From NCBI GenBank assembly GCA_020631575.1, contig JAHDGX010000002.1, positions 1 to 51,179 of the forward strand: 51,179 nucleotides of DNA. The letters are read 5' to 3'. A model generated the notes under the pieces. It was not told the DNA's origin. It did not search any database and worked only from the letters and a program-made list of their open reading frames with translations. The stretch is from Candidatus Altimarinota bacterium (GTDB lineage: Bacteria; Patescibacteriota; Gracilibacteria; BD1-5; UBA6164). Positions 33,798 to 45,768 of the stretch are shown here, one piece after another (the stretch's first letter is position 1; the number at the start of each line of letters is the position of its first letter). Position numbers and translations under genes: made by a program.

Positions 33798-34129
33798 AAT
33801 TTTTTATCAAAGAGGTAACGAATTTCATTTTGAATTTTATCCAAATTTTCTGGGAGTCATGTAAGCTTTGTTTGTTTTTTCACGACACATACTACATCTC
33901 AGTAATGCTTATGAATATAGGGCTGTGATACATCATAAAATAACCTTCTGTATGAATTTCTTACTACATTTGTTGGAACTGATTTCCCACCTATAACAAT
34001 AGCAAAACGACTATATCAGAGTTTATTAGGAAACACATTAAAAACAATACTATAAGAAAAAAAAGGTTTTCCTTTATGCAAAACCTTTTTTACTTCACGT
34101 TCCTTTAGCCTGTATTTTTTTGCAAGCAT
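33782..34129 (-). CDS. rnpA: Ribonuclease P protein component (115 aa)
   Basis: MLAKKYRLK, SRFAIVIGGK, degenerate RNR motif NVVRNSYRR; lies between rpmH and yidC. Confidence 0.85.
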
Positions 34130-34141
34130 GAAAATGATTTT

Positions 34142-34384
34142 TTATTTTCTTTTTACGTAATTCCCTTTCCCATCAAAAGGAGATTTTTTAGCAGTACCAC
34201 CAGCGATGATATGCATTTTAGATTTCCCGTTAATTTCTTGGTATCTTTTTGGATAACTTACAGTAAGTGCGTGTCTCCCTTTTCTTCTTCTGTTTTTCAG
34301 TACTTTTCTTCCTGAAGCAGTTGAGCTTCTCTTTAGGAATCCATGTACTCTCAGTCTCTTTCTTTTCTTAAGTTTTCAAAGCAT
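34142..34384 (-). CDS. rpmH: 50S ribosomal protein L34 with C-terminal extension (80 aa)
   Basis: [34 protein letters not shown] core followed by 38 extra residues. Confidence 0.9.
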
Positions 34385-34424
34385 AATCTATGAATATTTT
34401 GAATAAATTTTTGTAAGCCGGTGC

Positions 34425-34452
34425 ATCTTATTGGAAAAAGCATTTTTGTCAA
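34425..34452 (-). promoter_or_regulatory. Putative sigma70 promoter of rpmH-rnpA-yidC
   Basis: TTGACA-16 bp-TAAGAT. Confidence 0.7.
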
Positions 34453-34465
34453 AAAAATATTTTAA

Positions 34466-36526
34466 TTATTGCCAAAATCACTCACACCCTTCTCTAGAAT
34501 TTGAAAATGGTCAATTAAGCCCAATAAATCCTGTCGTTATTGGTGTGTCATTCACAACACCAGAAGAAATGTCATTTCACCATGACGTAATGCTTCCATC
34601 TGGTTTTAATGCATGGTAACTTCATTTCGCAGAATAAATATTAATATATCCTGTATCAGTCGGTTCTCAAAGTCCTCCCATTGTATCACTTCACCAAGAT
34701 GCAATACTTCCATCTGCTTTCATTGCTGCGAATCAATGTTCTTGGGCATAAAACTTAACATATCAGTTATCAGTTGGCTCTCAGTCAGCCTGAGTTCACC
34801 ATGATGAAATAGAACCATCAGCTTTTACTGCCATCATTCCTCAATACGTAGAAAGTGCTTTTACATACCCTCCATCTGTAGGAGCATCATCTCGTAATGT
34901 AGCATTTGCTGAATATATCCATAGGGTTCCATCTGCTCGAATTCCAATAAATCAGAAAAAACCTCATATAAGATCTACGAATGTATCTGTTGGAAACTCA
35001 TCTCAGTAATAATACAGCTGTCACCATATATGAATAGTTCCATCATCTCTTAGAGCTCAAAAGGTATTCCCCGTACCTACTACCTTAGTAAATCATGATC
35101 CATATGAGGTAACGAAATTTCCATTTGGATCTAATATTCTTCCTCCATAAGTCGTGTTTCCCCATACATGAATACTCCCATCAGATTTTAAGGCTCAAAA
35201 GGCTCATCTAAAATTTGAAAATATTTCTACATATCAACTATCCGTAGGAGTGTTCAAATTCCCCCATCATGTATCTCACCACGACACAACTCTACCATCA
35301 GAATTAAGAGCCGTAAAGGCTCTTGCTGTTGCTACTACAGAAGTATAGCCACTATCTGTAGGTCCTCATACTCATCATCTTGCTGGGTCTCACCAGGTAG
35401 TAATAGATCCATCTGACTTCAGAGCTGCAAACGCTCACTGTGTTCATGAAACAGTAATATAACCATTATCTGTTGGGGCTCCTGTGACCTCATTATCCCC
35501 ATCTGATCACCATACTGTCATGGATCCATCTGGCTTAAGAGCAACAAAGTTTGCATATATTGTAAAAAGTTGAACATACCCGTTATCGCTAGGGGCTCCT
35601 ACTCCTCCATAAGTATCACTTCCCCATGATTCTATACTTCCATCTGTTTTTAACCCTGCTAGGGCTCTACTATTTCCATATGCATTATTTGCTGCAGATT
35701 CTATTGTATAATACGCATTTGAATCACCACAACTATACTGACCTATTGTTAAAGGTAGACTTGGTAGTGTAGGTCAATTATTTTGTATCCCTCATGGACA
35801 TCTCCCATCCTTATTTACATCGAAACACTGAAAAGCGTTATCTACCACTCTCCATCATTTTCATTTTCTCACTATAAGATCTCATAACTCAGAAAATGTA
35901 GCTCAAGTTCCCGTAACGTAATCTTCTCATGATAAATAAGAGGAGAGAACATAAGTATTTCCTATATCTGTAAGCTCAAGAGTATTTGAAGTAAACGCTA
36001 AATCTTCAAGTGGTAGATTTGTAGCTTGCTGGGTCATAATACCTAAAGATGTCCCAAATGTCCGAGGATACCTATCTTGATTATCTGAATGTACTGAAGG
36101 AAGCAGAGCTAGGCTACTCATTTCTTCTTCCATGAATGCCATAAACTGAAAGGTTTTTTTATTAGATCATAAAAAATAACTATAGTACGTATCATCTTTC
36201 GGGTCCTTAGTATTTTCATCCATTCATATAGTTTCTAGTACATCTTTTCCTATTTTTCCCTGAAATCATACGATTACTCAACTTGAAGTGATAGTAATAC
36301 TGTTATCTGGGAGAGGAAGTTTCTTTGAAGTTGCATATTGTTGAAAGGTTTCAACTGCCTTAGTGAGAGTTGCTATTCTTTTTGTATCCCTCGCTCACAC
36401 AAGATATCAGGTATAAGAAACAAAACCAATTGTTGAGATAATTCCAACAATTGTGATAACAACGATAAGCTCTACAAGTGTAAAAGCTCATTTTTTAGAA
36501 CCGTGAAAACGAAGAATATTATGCAT
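34466..36526 (-). CDS. Type IV prepilin-like protein with C-terminal RCC1/BLIP-II-like repeats (686 aa)
   Basis: KKGA-FTLVELIVVITIVGII...ARDTKR class III signal; ten ~40-aa repeats of F-x-A-L-K-x-D-G-S-I-x-x-W-G...P-T-D-x-G-Y. Confidence 0.88.
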
Positions 36527-36570
36527 AAAAAAACCTTATAAATAAATCTGCTTATTTATAAGGTTTTTTT
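36527..36570 (-). terminator. Long hairpin after pyrH, abutting the pilin start codon
   Basis: AAAAAACCTTATAAATAA-ATCTGC-TTATTTATAAGGTTTTTT. Confidence 0.65.
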
Positions 36571-36616
36571 AATAATATCATATTCTTTCTATATTGACTT
36601 TAGCTCTGTGTTTTGT

Positions 36617-37309
36617 TTATACTATCTTTGTTCCAAGCCCAGAACCCATAAGTAAATCAATAATATTTTGAGTATCTCACAATTTTGTAACAAAAATCGG
36701 CAGATTATTATCCCTTGCCATGATAATCGCTGTCTGATCTAATACTTTTAAGTTTTGAGAGATAAAGTCGTTGTAGTGTAATGTATCATATCTTTGAGCA
36801 TCCGGATGTACTTTCGGATCGCTATCATATACTCCATCCACTTGCGTGAGTTTGATCATCACGTCACAGTGAAGCTCTAAGGCCCTGAGTACCCCTGTAG
36901 TATCTGTTGTAAAAAATGGAGTTCCTCAACCTGAGCTTGCAATGACTATTTTATCTTCTTCTATGTAATTTCTTGCCCTCATTGCAGAATATTTTTCTAA
37001 AAACTCAACATGTAGCGCATCCATAACTACAGCCTGTATACTAAGCTTTGCAAGAAAATTTTTGAGCGTCACGGCATTAAAGACCGTAGAAAGCATACTC
37101 ATATTATGAGAATCTGCCGCATCTACTCATGATGCAATAAGCTTTGATCCTCTATAAATATTTCCTCCACCTAATACGATAACAAGCTCGTATCACTGAG
37201 CTTTAATATCTTGGATCATTTTCGCAACTGCCTGAGCTTTTTCTGGATGTATAGACTGTCCATCCTGACTCAGTGACTCACCTGAAATTTTTAAAAGTAC
37301 TCTTTTCAT
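36617..37309 (-). CDS. pyrH: Uridylate kinase (230 aa)
   Basis: MKRVLLKISGESL, LGGGNIYRG, PFFTTDT, VDGVYDSDP. Confidence 0.97.
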
Positions 37310-37316
37310 ATATCTT

Positions 37317-38297
37317 TTACGAATTAACTATATCCTTCATGAGATCATCTACAATCTCAAGAGATGGAAATTCTCTCTCTTTCAGCTCCTGATTTTTATC
37401 AGAAATATTTTCACTTGTTACATCTACCCCTGTCTCAAGCTCATATATACCATAAAACCCATGAGTGAAATCTACATAGTGTCTCTCGTATACATACTTC
37501 TCACCATCAAGACGTATCACATTAAACTTAATTCATTTCTCTTTTACGATATCTCTACATGTATTCCAATAATACCATACATTCATTCTTTCTCACAAAT
37601 AATCTGTCAAAGTCTCACAGCTAATTTCTGGAAGAATCTCTTTTTTTACTTCAAAGCCTTTAATTTGCGTATAGGTGAAACTCTCTTCTCAGAGCATAAG
37701 AGGTTCTCCGTACTTGGACGAAGTAGGGAGGTCTATAGAAATCGTGTTATCTTCTGGTCCAACAAGTGTTGACTCGCTTCCAATTGTTTCTTTATTATTT
37801 TCGTCTAACACATTCAACACAATCTTTGTTTCTGAAATTTCTTTCCCAGCCCAAGCTCTAAATATATATTCGTTTTGACCAAAATCTAAGACCTGATTTT
37901 TTGATGAAGCAATATATTTAAATGTAGTATCTCCCGACTTAAATGCCTGGAGAGTATAATCATCATCTGGATATTTCGATGTTGGATTTGTAAATAAAAC
38001 CTGTATTTTATCTACCTGAATATTCGTAGTTCCGGAAATAATCACTTCTCCACTCGTAAGCTCCCTCTCAGAAATACTATCAAAAACGAGGTACGCTAAA
38101 GTATCTTGCGGCATAATTTGGATAAGAGAATTTGATTGCTGAGATTTTTTGTCTTCCGAAGCATCAGGCTGCGTGTCGTCTTGCTGAGAAACAGTATCTC
38201 CTAGAAGATCTTTTTTCGCTGCATCTATTTCTCCTCTGGATTGACCACATGAAGTAAGAACAAGGGTAAGGAGCATGATTCATAATATTTTTTTCAT
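37317..38297 (-). CDS. Lipoprotein (326 aa)
   Basis: MKKILGIMLLTLVLTS-C-G lipobox; joins fragments 37689-38276 and 37317-37520. Confidence 0.8.
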
Positions 38298-38358
38298 AAT
38301 AATATATTTATGAAATACGTACTCATATTATAAGTAGAGCAAATCTAAAAGCAAAGAA

Positions 38359-38386
38359 AAAGCAGGGATGATATTTTCCCTGCTTT
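38359..38386 (-). terminator. Terminator of rnj
   Basis: AAAGCAGGGA...TCCCTGCTTT with a T-tract on the minus strand. Confidence 0.7.
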
Positions 38387-38393
38387 ATTCTGG

Positions 38394-40397
38394 TTATACT
38401 TCCGTTACGATTGGAATAATCATTGGTTGTCTATCTATTCTCTTGAGAAGAAAATTTTCCATATCTGTTCTAATAATCTTTAAAAGATCCTTTTCCTCCA
38501 TATCTGGAACATCTTTTATAGTATTTTCATATGTTTCTCTCGCTTTTTTGATAATGATTCTATGTATATAGCGAACTTCTTCTACATAAACAAGCCCTCT
38601 TGTTTCAAGCTTCACATGACCAATAATTGCTTTTGATTTTTTATCGACCTTGTACTGCAGTACCATCACTCCAGAGTTCATCATTTGTTCTCTCGCTTGG
38701 AGTACATGTGATCCCATAAGTCCCATACCATTACCATCTACAAGATATTCTTGAAGTGGCACTTTGATCTTTGATCGAAATACTGAGCCATTTGGAGCAA
38801 AATCTATAATATTCCCATTATCGAGAAGGAGAACATTTGATTGCTTTACACCTACTGACATCGCAGTTTCCGCGTGACGAGTTCTGAAGTACAAATCACC
38901 ATATATTGGCATAAAATACTTTGGCTTGAAGAGTCTTACGAAGATCTTTTGTTCTTCTTGATACCCATGACCCGAAGTATGTACTGGCCTGTCAGACTTT
39001 GTAATAATCTTTACTCCATACTTGATAAGTTTATTAATTACAAGACTTACTGATCTCTCATTTCCAGGAACAACAGAGCTTGAAAACACGACCGTATCAC
39101 CAGCTTGAATCGTAATTGATGGATGTTTTCCTTCTGACATTCGAGAAAGAGCAGAGTATTCTTCTCCCTGCGATCCTGTTGTTATGATGATTTGTTTCTC
39201 AGCTGGTACTCCATTTGTGTTTTTTGGAGTGAGCTTTTTAATAGTTCCAGGTTTTGTTTTCACATATCCGAGTTTTTGAGCGATAGCTACATTTTCAGTC
39301 ATAGATCGACCTGAAAGATAGATATATTTATCATATTTTTCTGCTGTATCTACGAGCTGCTGAACTCTTGATATCCAAGAGGAAAATGCTGCAATAATAA
39401 GTCTTCCACCGGTATGCTCTGAAACTATTTTTTCAAGCTCATCACCAACTTCTTTCTCGCTCATCGAAAATCCCTTTGTGGTAGATCCTGTAGAATCAGA
39501 AAGAAGCATAGTAATACCTCTATTTCAAATTTCTTCATACCTCTCAAAATCAGCAGGAGCATCAAGTCTTGGAGTATGGTCAATCTTAAAATCTCACGTA
39601 TGTACAAATTTCGCTCCACCTGGAGTTTCTATGTATAAACCAGCACAATCTGGAATAGAGTGATTTACTGAGAAAAATTCAACATCAAATTGCCCTATTT
39701 TTGTTTTATTTTCTACGGAGGCATCAATCTCTACAAATGTCGCATGTGGCATAAGCCCAGCCTCTGAGATAGCTTTTTTAATAAGTCAAATGGTAAGTTT
39801 AGTACCGTATAAAGTTGGCATATCAAGAACTGGAAGCACATCTTTGAGACATCCAATATGATCCAAATGCGCGTGGGTAATCAAAAACCCTTTAATGTTT
39901 TTTGTATATTTTTTGAGAAATGATACATCAGGCACACTATAATCAGCCCCATACATATCTGGCTCAGCAAACTGTATTCCACAATCAATGAGGATAATAT
40001 CATCTCAGTATTGTACCATAGACATATTTTTTGCCCCTATTTCATTATTTCAACCAATAGGAATATATCTCGTATATCCTTCTCTTAGTGCTGGAAGGAA
40101 AAACTTCGTATCTGGAAAATCTAAAGTTCTTTTTCCATACTTATGAGTTTTCCTATCTGCTGAGGAAGAACTTCACTGTGTCTTTTGTCATGTTTGACGT
40201 CTTGCCTGGTTTTGTCACTGAGACATTTTTGAAGCTCTTTGCGTATCACGAGAAGGTACATGAGCAGATTTTTTCTGCGCTGATGGCTTTTTTGCTTCAT
40301 CTTTTTTTTCTACTTTCGGCTCTGGTTTATGTGATCAAGCCGAAGTAGGGTTAATATCGCGAACCTCCATATCGAGTTCGTCTAAGAAATCTTTCAT
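38394..40397 (-). CDS. rnj: Ribonuclease J (667 aa, ~100-aa low-complexity N-terminal extension)
   Basis: PIGGNNEIGAKNM, ITHAHLDHIG, NHSIPD, HTGDFKID, TGSQGE, HTSGHG. Confidence 0.97.
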
Positions 40398-40630
40398 GTA
40401 TAATAGTTATACAAATAAAATATATTGAAAACTTTTTTATAGTCAGTTAGAATAGAATTCTGCAAGAAAACTAACACTACAACTTATAAAGTTTAGAAGT
40501 CATCCATAGTCTCTTTTAGAAACAACTATGAGCATAAAAATGCATATAACTTAATAGACTCTACAAATTACTCTCGGAAAATATTGAAATTCTCGACATG
40601 CTAATATGCCTTTTCTTATAATATATCATT

Positions 40631-40658
40631 ATTATATATCATCCTGTAGGTATTGCAA
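40631..40658 (-). promoter_or_regulatory. Putative sigma70 promoter of rnj
   Basis: TTGCAA-16 bp-TATAAT overlapping the end of the peptidase gene. Confidence 0.6.
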
Positions 40659-41540
40659 AAAGTTTTTTACGTCTACTGGTATTTTTGTGATATCCCAGTA
40701 ATAATTCTCTATAAGCTCAGTAGAATAGTCTTGTCATGTAAACTGATTTTTTTGAAAAACATAGTCTCACATAAAATTATACTTTTGCTTGAGCCTGAGG
40801 CTTCCTTGTGTCTTCTTTCTAAAGTCCTCGTTGTGTAGTACATAGTATAGATATGTTTCTGCAAAGTCTTCATACTGGTTCGTCATCGCGTAACCTGATA
40901 CAAAATCAGCCTGTACACTTCAAGGAGCGATCGTAGTAACGGAGTCCCAAGATATACCATAAAATTTACTACTTATATCTCAAAAAGCATTCCCAGGAAG
41001 AGAATAAATATCATAGTAATGAGCGAACTCATGAATGAGCACAGAGAGAAACTCACTATCCGTAAGTTTTTCAACACCATACATATGTATGTTTCATCAT
41101 TTCATCCTTCCTCTAGTCTCATGTGAGTTTCTATATAAATACACTCACAGATTTTGTATATGGGAAAGAATATCTTTTTTATAAAGAAACACCTCAACTA
41201 TTGGAACGTATGAGTATTCTATACTCTCTCTGAGTTTTGTTGGAATATACCTGAGAGATACTTTTCTTTTTTGGGCTCGAGAATACTTCTGACTGTATGA
41301 CTCATAGATAAGTTTTTTTATAGCAGCATCAACATCGTCTTGGGTTGTTCCAGTAAAACTTGCAAACTCCTCCTCTCCCGCAGGAAAACTATGAGAGTGT
41401 CAGTGTCACGAAAGTGTTGGTTCTAGATATTGTTCCTGATAATATGTGTCAGGAAAAAAAATCTCCTTTCACACAAAAAGTAAAAGTGTAAAAAGGAGGG
41501 TATAGGTCGTGACCAATAATATTTTACGTGATTTTCCCAT
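40632..41540 (-). CDS. Membrane-anchored zinc metallopeptidase (HEXXH), 302 aa (absent from ORF track)
   Basis: N-terminal TM; VLIHEFAHYYD and FVSGYAMTNQYEDFAET (third-ligand Glu region). Confidence 0.85.
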
Positions 41541-41549
41541 ACATATAGA

Positions 41550-41963
41550 TTATCAGCCTATGGAGAACATAACTTCTATAACGATTCTCACAATTCAAGA
41601 AGCTAATAAAAGTCCTAAAAACCCTAGCATCGACCACTTTACAATATCTTTTCATTTTTTAATTTTTTCATCTTCTCATACTGATATAGTCATCATGAGA
41701 GCACCATACACTATCGCTCATACTGCAAGAAGCCCCAGAAGCATAGAGAGTTGATTTGTCCAATATACCACTTTATTTTTTACCCCTCACTCTATAAGAC
41801 CATCTCAAGGATTCACAAGTGTAGAGTCTCATAAGCAGCCATCAAGTTCATAACCAATATCTCATCCATTATATTCACAATCTGCATGAATATGAGGACT
41901 GAAAATACTCAAAATACTTACTAAGACAGTAAGACTTACAAGAAGTGAAAATATTTTTTTCAT
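41550..41963 (-). CDS. VirB2/TrbC-like pilin (137 aa)
   Basis: Signal peptide; TM1-ISVGEDEKIKKGKDIVKWSMLG-TM2. Confidence 0.78.
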
Positions 41964-41971
41964 GATAAAAT

Positions 41972-42355
41972 TTATAATATATTAATTCCTGCAATAAATC
42001 GTACAAGAGCCCAAGCTGCAGCTACTGCAAATATCCCAATCGCTGCATAAATAAAACTGTTAAATGCTTTTTTGAGTTCTTCTGGATTTCAGCGAGCCAT
42101 AAGAAGTCTTCATCAGATGTATATGAACATACCAATAGCAAGAAGTGCCATAAGATTAAATATACTATCTTTTATAAATTCTAATATTACGTCGAGAAGT
42201 CTCTCTTCTGTTTCTCATGAAGTGATAACGCTCGTAGATCCAGCAGGAGTGATCTGACTTTTAAGGTCTTCTGATGATCTTGGGTCGAGGGCTTGAGTGA
42301 TGTTACTCAGGCTCATGTAGAGAGCTGTAATAGTTACGAAAATACATGCTTTCAT
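41972..42355 (-). CDS. VirB2/TrbC-like pilin (127 aa)
   Basis: TM1-MARGNPEELKKAFNSFIYAAIG-TM2. Confidence 0.78.
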
Positions 42356-42705
42356 TATATTCTAAAATTATTAAGTATTCCTATAATTGACCAAGCCGTA
42401 ACAGAGAGAAACACTCATACAAGTGCCCAAGTTATGATAGTCTTTGCTTTTTTTGTTTTTTCCTCTTCCCCACTTGAGATGATGTACATAATTCATCCTA
42501 TCATCACGGCAATAACTGCAAGTACTGCAACATACTGGATCATGAGTCATATAATTCAACCAATAATCCCATAGATTCCATCTTCTCCTGTTCCAGAAGC
42601 AGCGTCACAGCCAGGAAGTCAAGCGCAGCCAATATCTGGAGCGGCTCCATAAGCTGTTGCCGATAAGAGAAAAAATATAGTAGCTATAATAATTTTCATA
42701 AACAT
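42355..42705 (-). CDS. VirB2/TrbC-like pilin (116 aa)
   Basis: Signal peptide, CAGLPGC, TM1-ISSGEEEKTKKAKTIITWALVG-TM2; TAATG overlap with the next gene. Confidence 0.8.
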
Positions 42706-42707
42706 TC

Positions 42708-43112
42708 TTAGTAAAGTAAGAGAGCAAAGAGTCGAACAATAACTCAAGCAGAAAGCGCAACAGCAAGAGCAATAATACCAGACATAAATATAGATTTTCA
42801 CTTAGAGAGAAATTCATCCTGACCATGATAGATAATCATATATCCTGCACCTATCGTCATGATAAATACAGCAAAAGCACCAAATACAATTATTAGTTTC
42901 TCAAGTACTGTCAGGAGTACGTTTTGAACTGTTTCTCAGGCTCAGTCTCATATAAGACTCGTATTACCAGGAGTAAACGTTCCAACATGAATCTTAAAAG
43001 TCTCATCTTTTATATCTCCACTAGATTCCCCATCAGAGAATATATAAGGACTATAAAGTGATGAGATTAGTACAGTGAAAAAGAGAAATACACTCGAAAA
43101 TAAGCTTTTCAT
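42708..43112 (-). CDS. VirB2/TrbC-like pilin (134 aa)
   Basis: TM1-IYHGQDEFLSKGKSIFMSGIIA-TM2. Confidence 0.72.
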
Positions 43113-43217
43113 GATTGTGGGGGTGGAAAATAACTAAAAAAATAATAACTATTATTTTTCAAAAGACAAAAAAATATTATCCTTGGAGTAGAAATTAACT
43201 TTGCCTTACTTAAAAGT

Positions 43218-44354
43218 ATGAAAATTGCCATTCTCCATGAAATGCTGATAAAGAAATGAGGTGCTGAGAAAGTAGTCTCTGAGCTTATAAATATTTTTCC
43301 TAAGGCTGATCTTTTCACACTCATATATGATGAAAAAAAAGTCTGAAATATATTTCCAAAAAATACTATAGCTCCTGAATGTTTCAAGCTTCTCAGTCAA
43401 AAGGTCTATAACATTACAAAGAGGCAGCGTCTCTGCCTCCCATTTATGGCCCGCTCAGTTGAAGCCCTGGATTTTTCATCGTATGATAGAGTAATTGTCA
43501 GCTCAAGCTGATTTGCTCATGGCCTAAAAACAGTAAAAGACACAAAAACAATCATATATTATCACGCTCCTGCAAGGTATATGTGGGACTGGGCACATGA
43601 ATATAGACGTGACATCAACATGCTCAGGTGAATTCGATGATTTCTCTATGGAAGATTTATGAAAAATCTCAGAATATGGGATTATAACGCATCTACTCGT
43701 AATGATACTTTGCTGGCCAATAGCGCTACAACTCAAAAAAGAATATATAAATACTTTAGAAGAGAAAGCGATATTGTGTTTCCTCCTATTGAAACTCAAA
43801 GATTCTCACAAACTCTGAGTAATTACTCTCCAAAAGAAATATTTTTCTCAAAGCCCTACTACATAATATTATCAGCCCTGACAGAGTTTAAAAAAATAGA
43901 TATTGCAGTAGAGGCTTTTGCAAAAATACCTGAAGTGAACCTCCTCATAATCTGAGAGGGAGAATACAGAAAAACTCTTGAAGAGCTCAGCTGAAATGCT
44001 GCTAATATACGCTTTAGTTGAGCGCAATACTGAGATGATCTCGTACATCTCGTACAAAACTCGCTGGGACTTATATTTCCTGGGGAAGAAGATTTTGGTA
44101 TTGTTCCTATAGAGATTATGGCTGCAGGAAAGCCTGTTTTTGCCCTAAATAAGTGAGGTCTTACAGAGACTGTTATAGCCTGAAAAACTGGTGATTTTTT
44201 TCACAACGAGGACTGAAGTGATTTCATACAAGAGTTTCAAGTCTTTCACAAAAATAATACTAAAAATCAGTACTCTCCAAAAGACTGTTACACGCAAGCT
44301 GTGAAATATGATACATGAATATTCAAAAAGAAAATTCAAAAACACATAAAATAA
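43218..44354 (+). CDS. Glycosyltransferase family 4 (378 aa)
   Basis: MKIAILHEMLIKKGGAEKV, YYHAPARYMWD, EEDFGIVPIEIMAAGKPV...GGLTETV. Confidence 0.93.
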
Positions 44355-44370
44355 ATCACTCATCTCTTCT

Positions 44371-44398
44371 TTGACTTGGAGGGATTTTTATGTATATT
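44371..44398 (+). promoter_or_regulatory. Putative sigma70 promoter
   Basis: TTGACT-16 bp-TATATT. Confidence 0.6.
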
Positions 44399-44426
44399 AA
44401 AAAAAATATTTTTCTTTCGTATATAT

Positions 44427-45767
44427 ATGAAAATTCTTGCTCCTATTTTGTTCTTCCTCTTGCCACTCCACGCATTTATTATAACAGTACTTAAGTGTAA
44501 ATATTCAGTTGATACCAACATCCTGAGGTTCTGGAAAGAAATTATGCTTTCAATCATGTGAATCATCATTCTCTATCAAGTCTACAGATCAGGGTCATCT
44601 CTGAGAAAACTCTACAAAAACAATACGCTTCTCTGGCTCATCAGTATCTTTATTGCTTGCTGCTGAGTATATATGTACTTCCCGTTTTTTGAACTTAAAG
44701 CAGCCTCAGTACTTGGGTTTCGTTATGATGCCTTCTTCTTTATTGCAATGATCGTATGACTTTATAGTGGCCTTATGTGAGAACTTCGTTCGCTTGTAAA
44801 AGTCCTATTTATATCAACTTTTTGAATCCTCATAATATTTCTCCCATGGTATCTTTTCGGAGATATTTCATCTCTCGCTGTAAAGTTTGGATACTCAGCT
44901 GAAGTATCAACCTATACTGCCAATAGTTGTATCAGTTTTGCCCAAAACGTAGATGGACAACATAGGTTTCAATGAACATTTGGATGACCAATTCGTTTCT
45001 CTGTATTCCTAACTATAGTGGGATCTCTCTTCGCGGGATGGCTTCTCTCATCGACACGCTTTACAAGAAAACAACAATACCTACTCGCTACTTGATTTGC
45101 AACTCTTATTCTTCCTGCTATATTCTTCTCGTATTCTAAAACATCTATTCTCTGAGCCCTCTTTGCAGCGTGAATATTTGTACTACTTGCGTACAAATAC
45201 ATACACAAAAAGAAAATAACTCGGCAATTTTATACCTACATGGCTGCTGGATTTACGACCCCCATCATTCTGGTTGCTCTCTTCAAGTGGGAATTATTCC
45301 TGCATTTATGAGCAGTACTCAATAGACTCGAAAATCTTTGAAAATCTGTGGAAATGTTCTTCTATAATCCATACTGATATGGCTTATGAATAGCTGGCCC
45401 AGCAAGTCAGATAGGAAACTCCATTGAGTCCGCTTGATCATGGCAGGTTGCAACTGCAACGGTTCTTAGAGTTCATAAGTTTCTTCCTGAAAACTGGTAC
45501 GTGCAAATAGCTCTTGAAATGTGAATCATAGGTATAAGTCTTTTTATGAGCCTGATTATTCTCATCGGATATAGACTGATACATCTCATTAAAAACAAGC
45601 GTGATTACATGAGCGTCTGAATTGCAACCGCATACTTCGCACTCTGTTTTATGGCTCTCTTCACGCACGCATTTGAAGAAGCTGCTACCAGTTATATACT
45701 CTTTTTCATTATTGGTATCGTACTTGCTGAAAGCATGAAAATAGAGCAAACAAAAGCAAAAAACTAG
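44427..45767 (+). CDS. O-antigen ligase/Wzy_C-family membrane protein (446 aa)
   Basis: Many TM helices; RFQGTFGGP, FSYSKTSILG, PYGYGLGIAGPAS, PENWYVQIALEMGIIG. Confidence 0.82.
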
Positions 45768-45768
45768 T

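Noticed and set aside
34385..34465. Replication origin upstream of rpmH
   Set aside because: No dnaA nearby, the spacer is only ~80 bp, and I saw no TTATCCACA box cluster.
41509..42574. + strand ORFs over the pilin array, and similar antisense ORFs over gyrA, the r-proteins and the GT genes
   Set aside because: They lie opposite well-supported code-25 genes and show no recognisable motifs.
41550..43112. Conjugative element/ICE
   Set aside because: Only pilin-like genes; no relaxase, coupling protein, VirB4, integrase or boundary repeats in the window.
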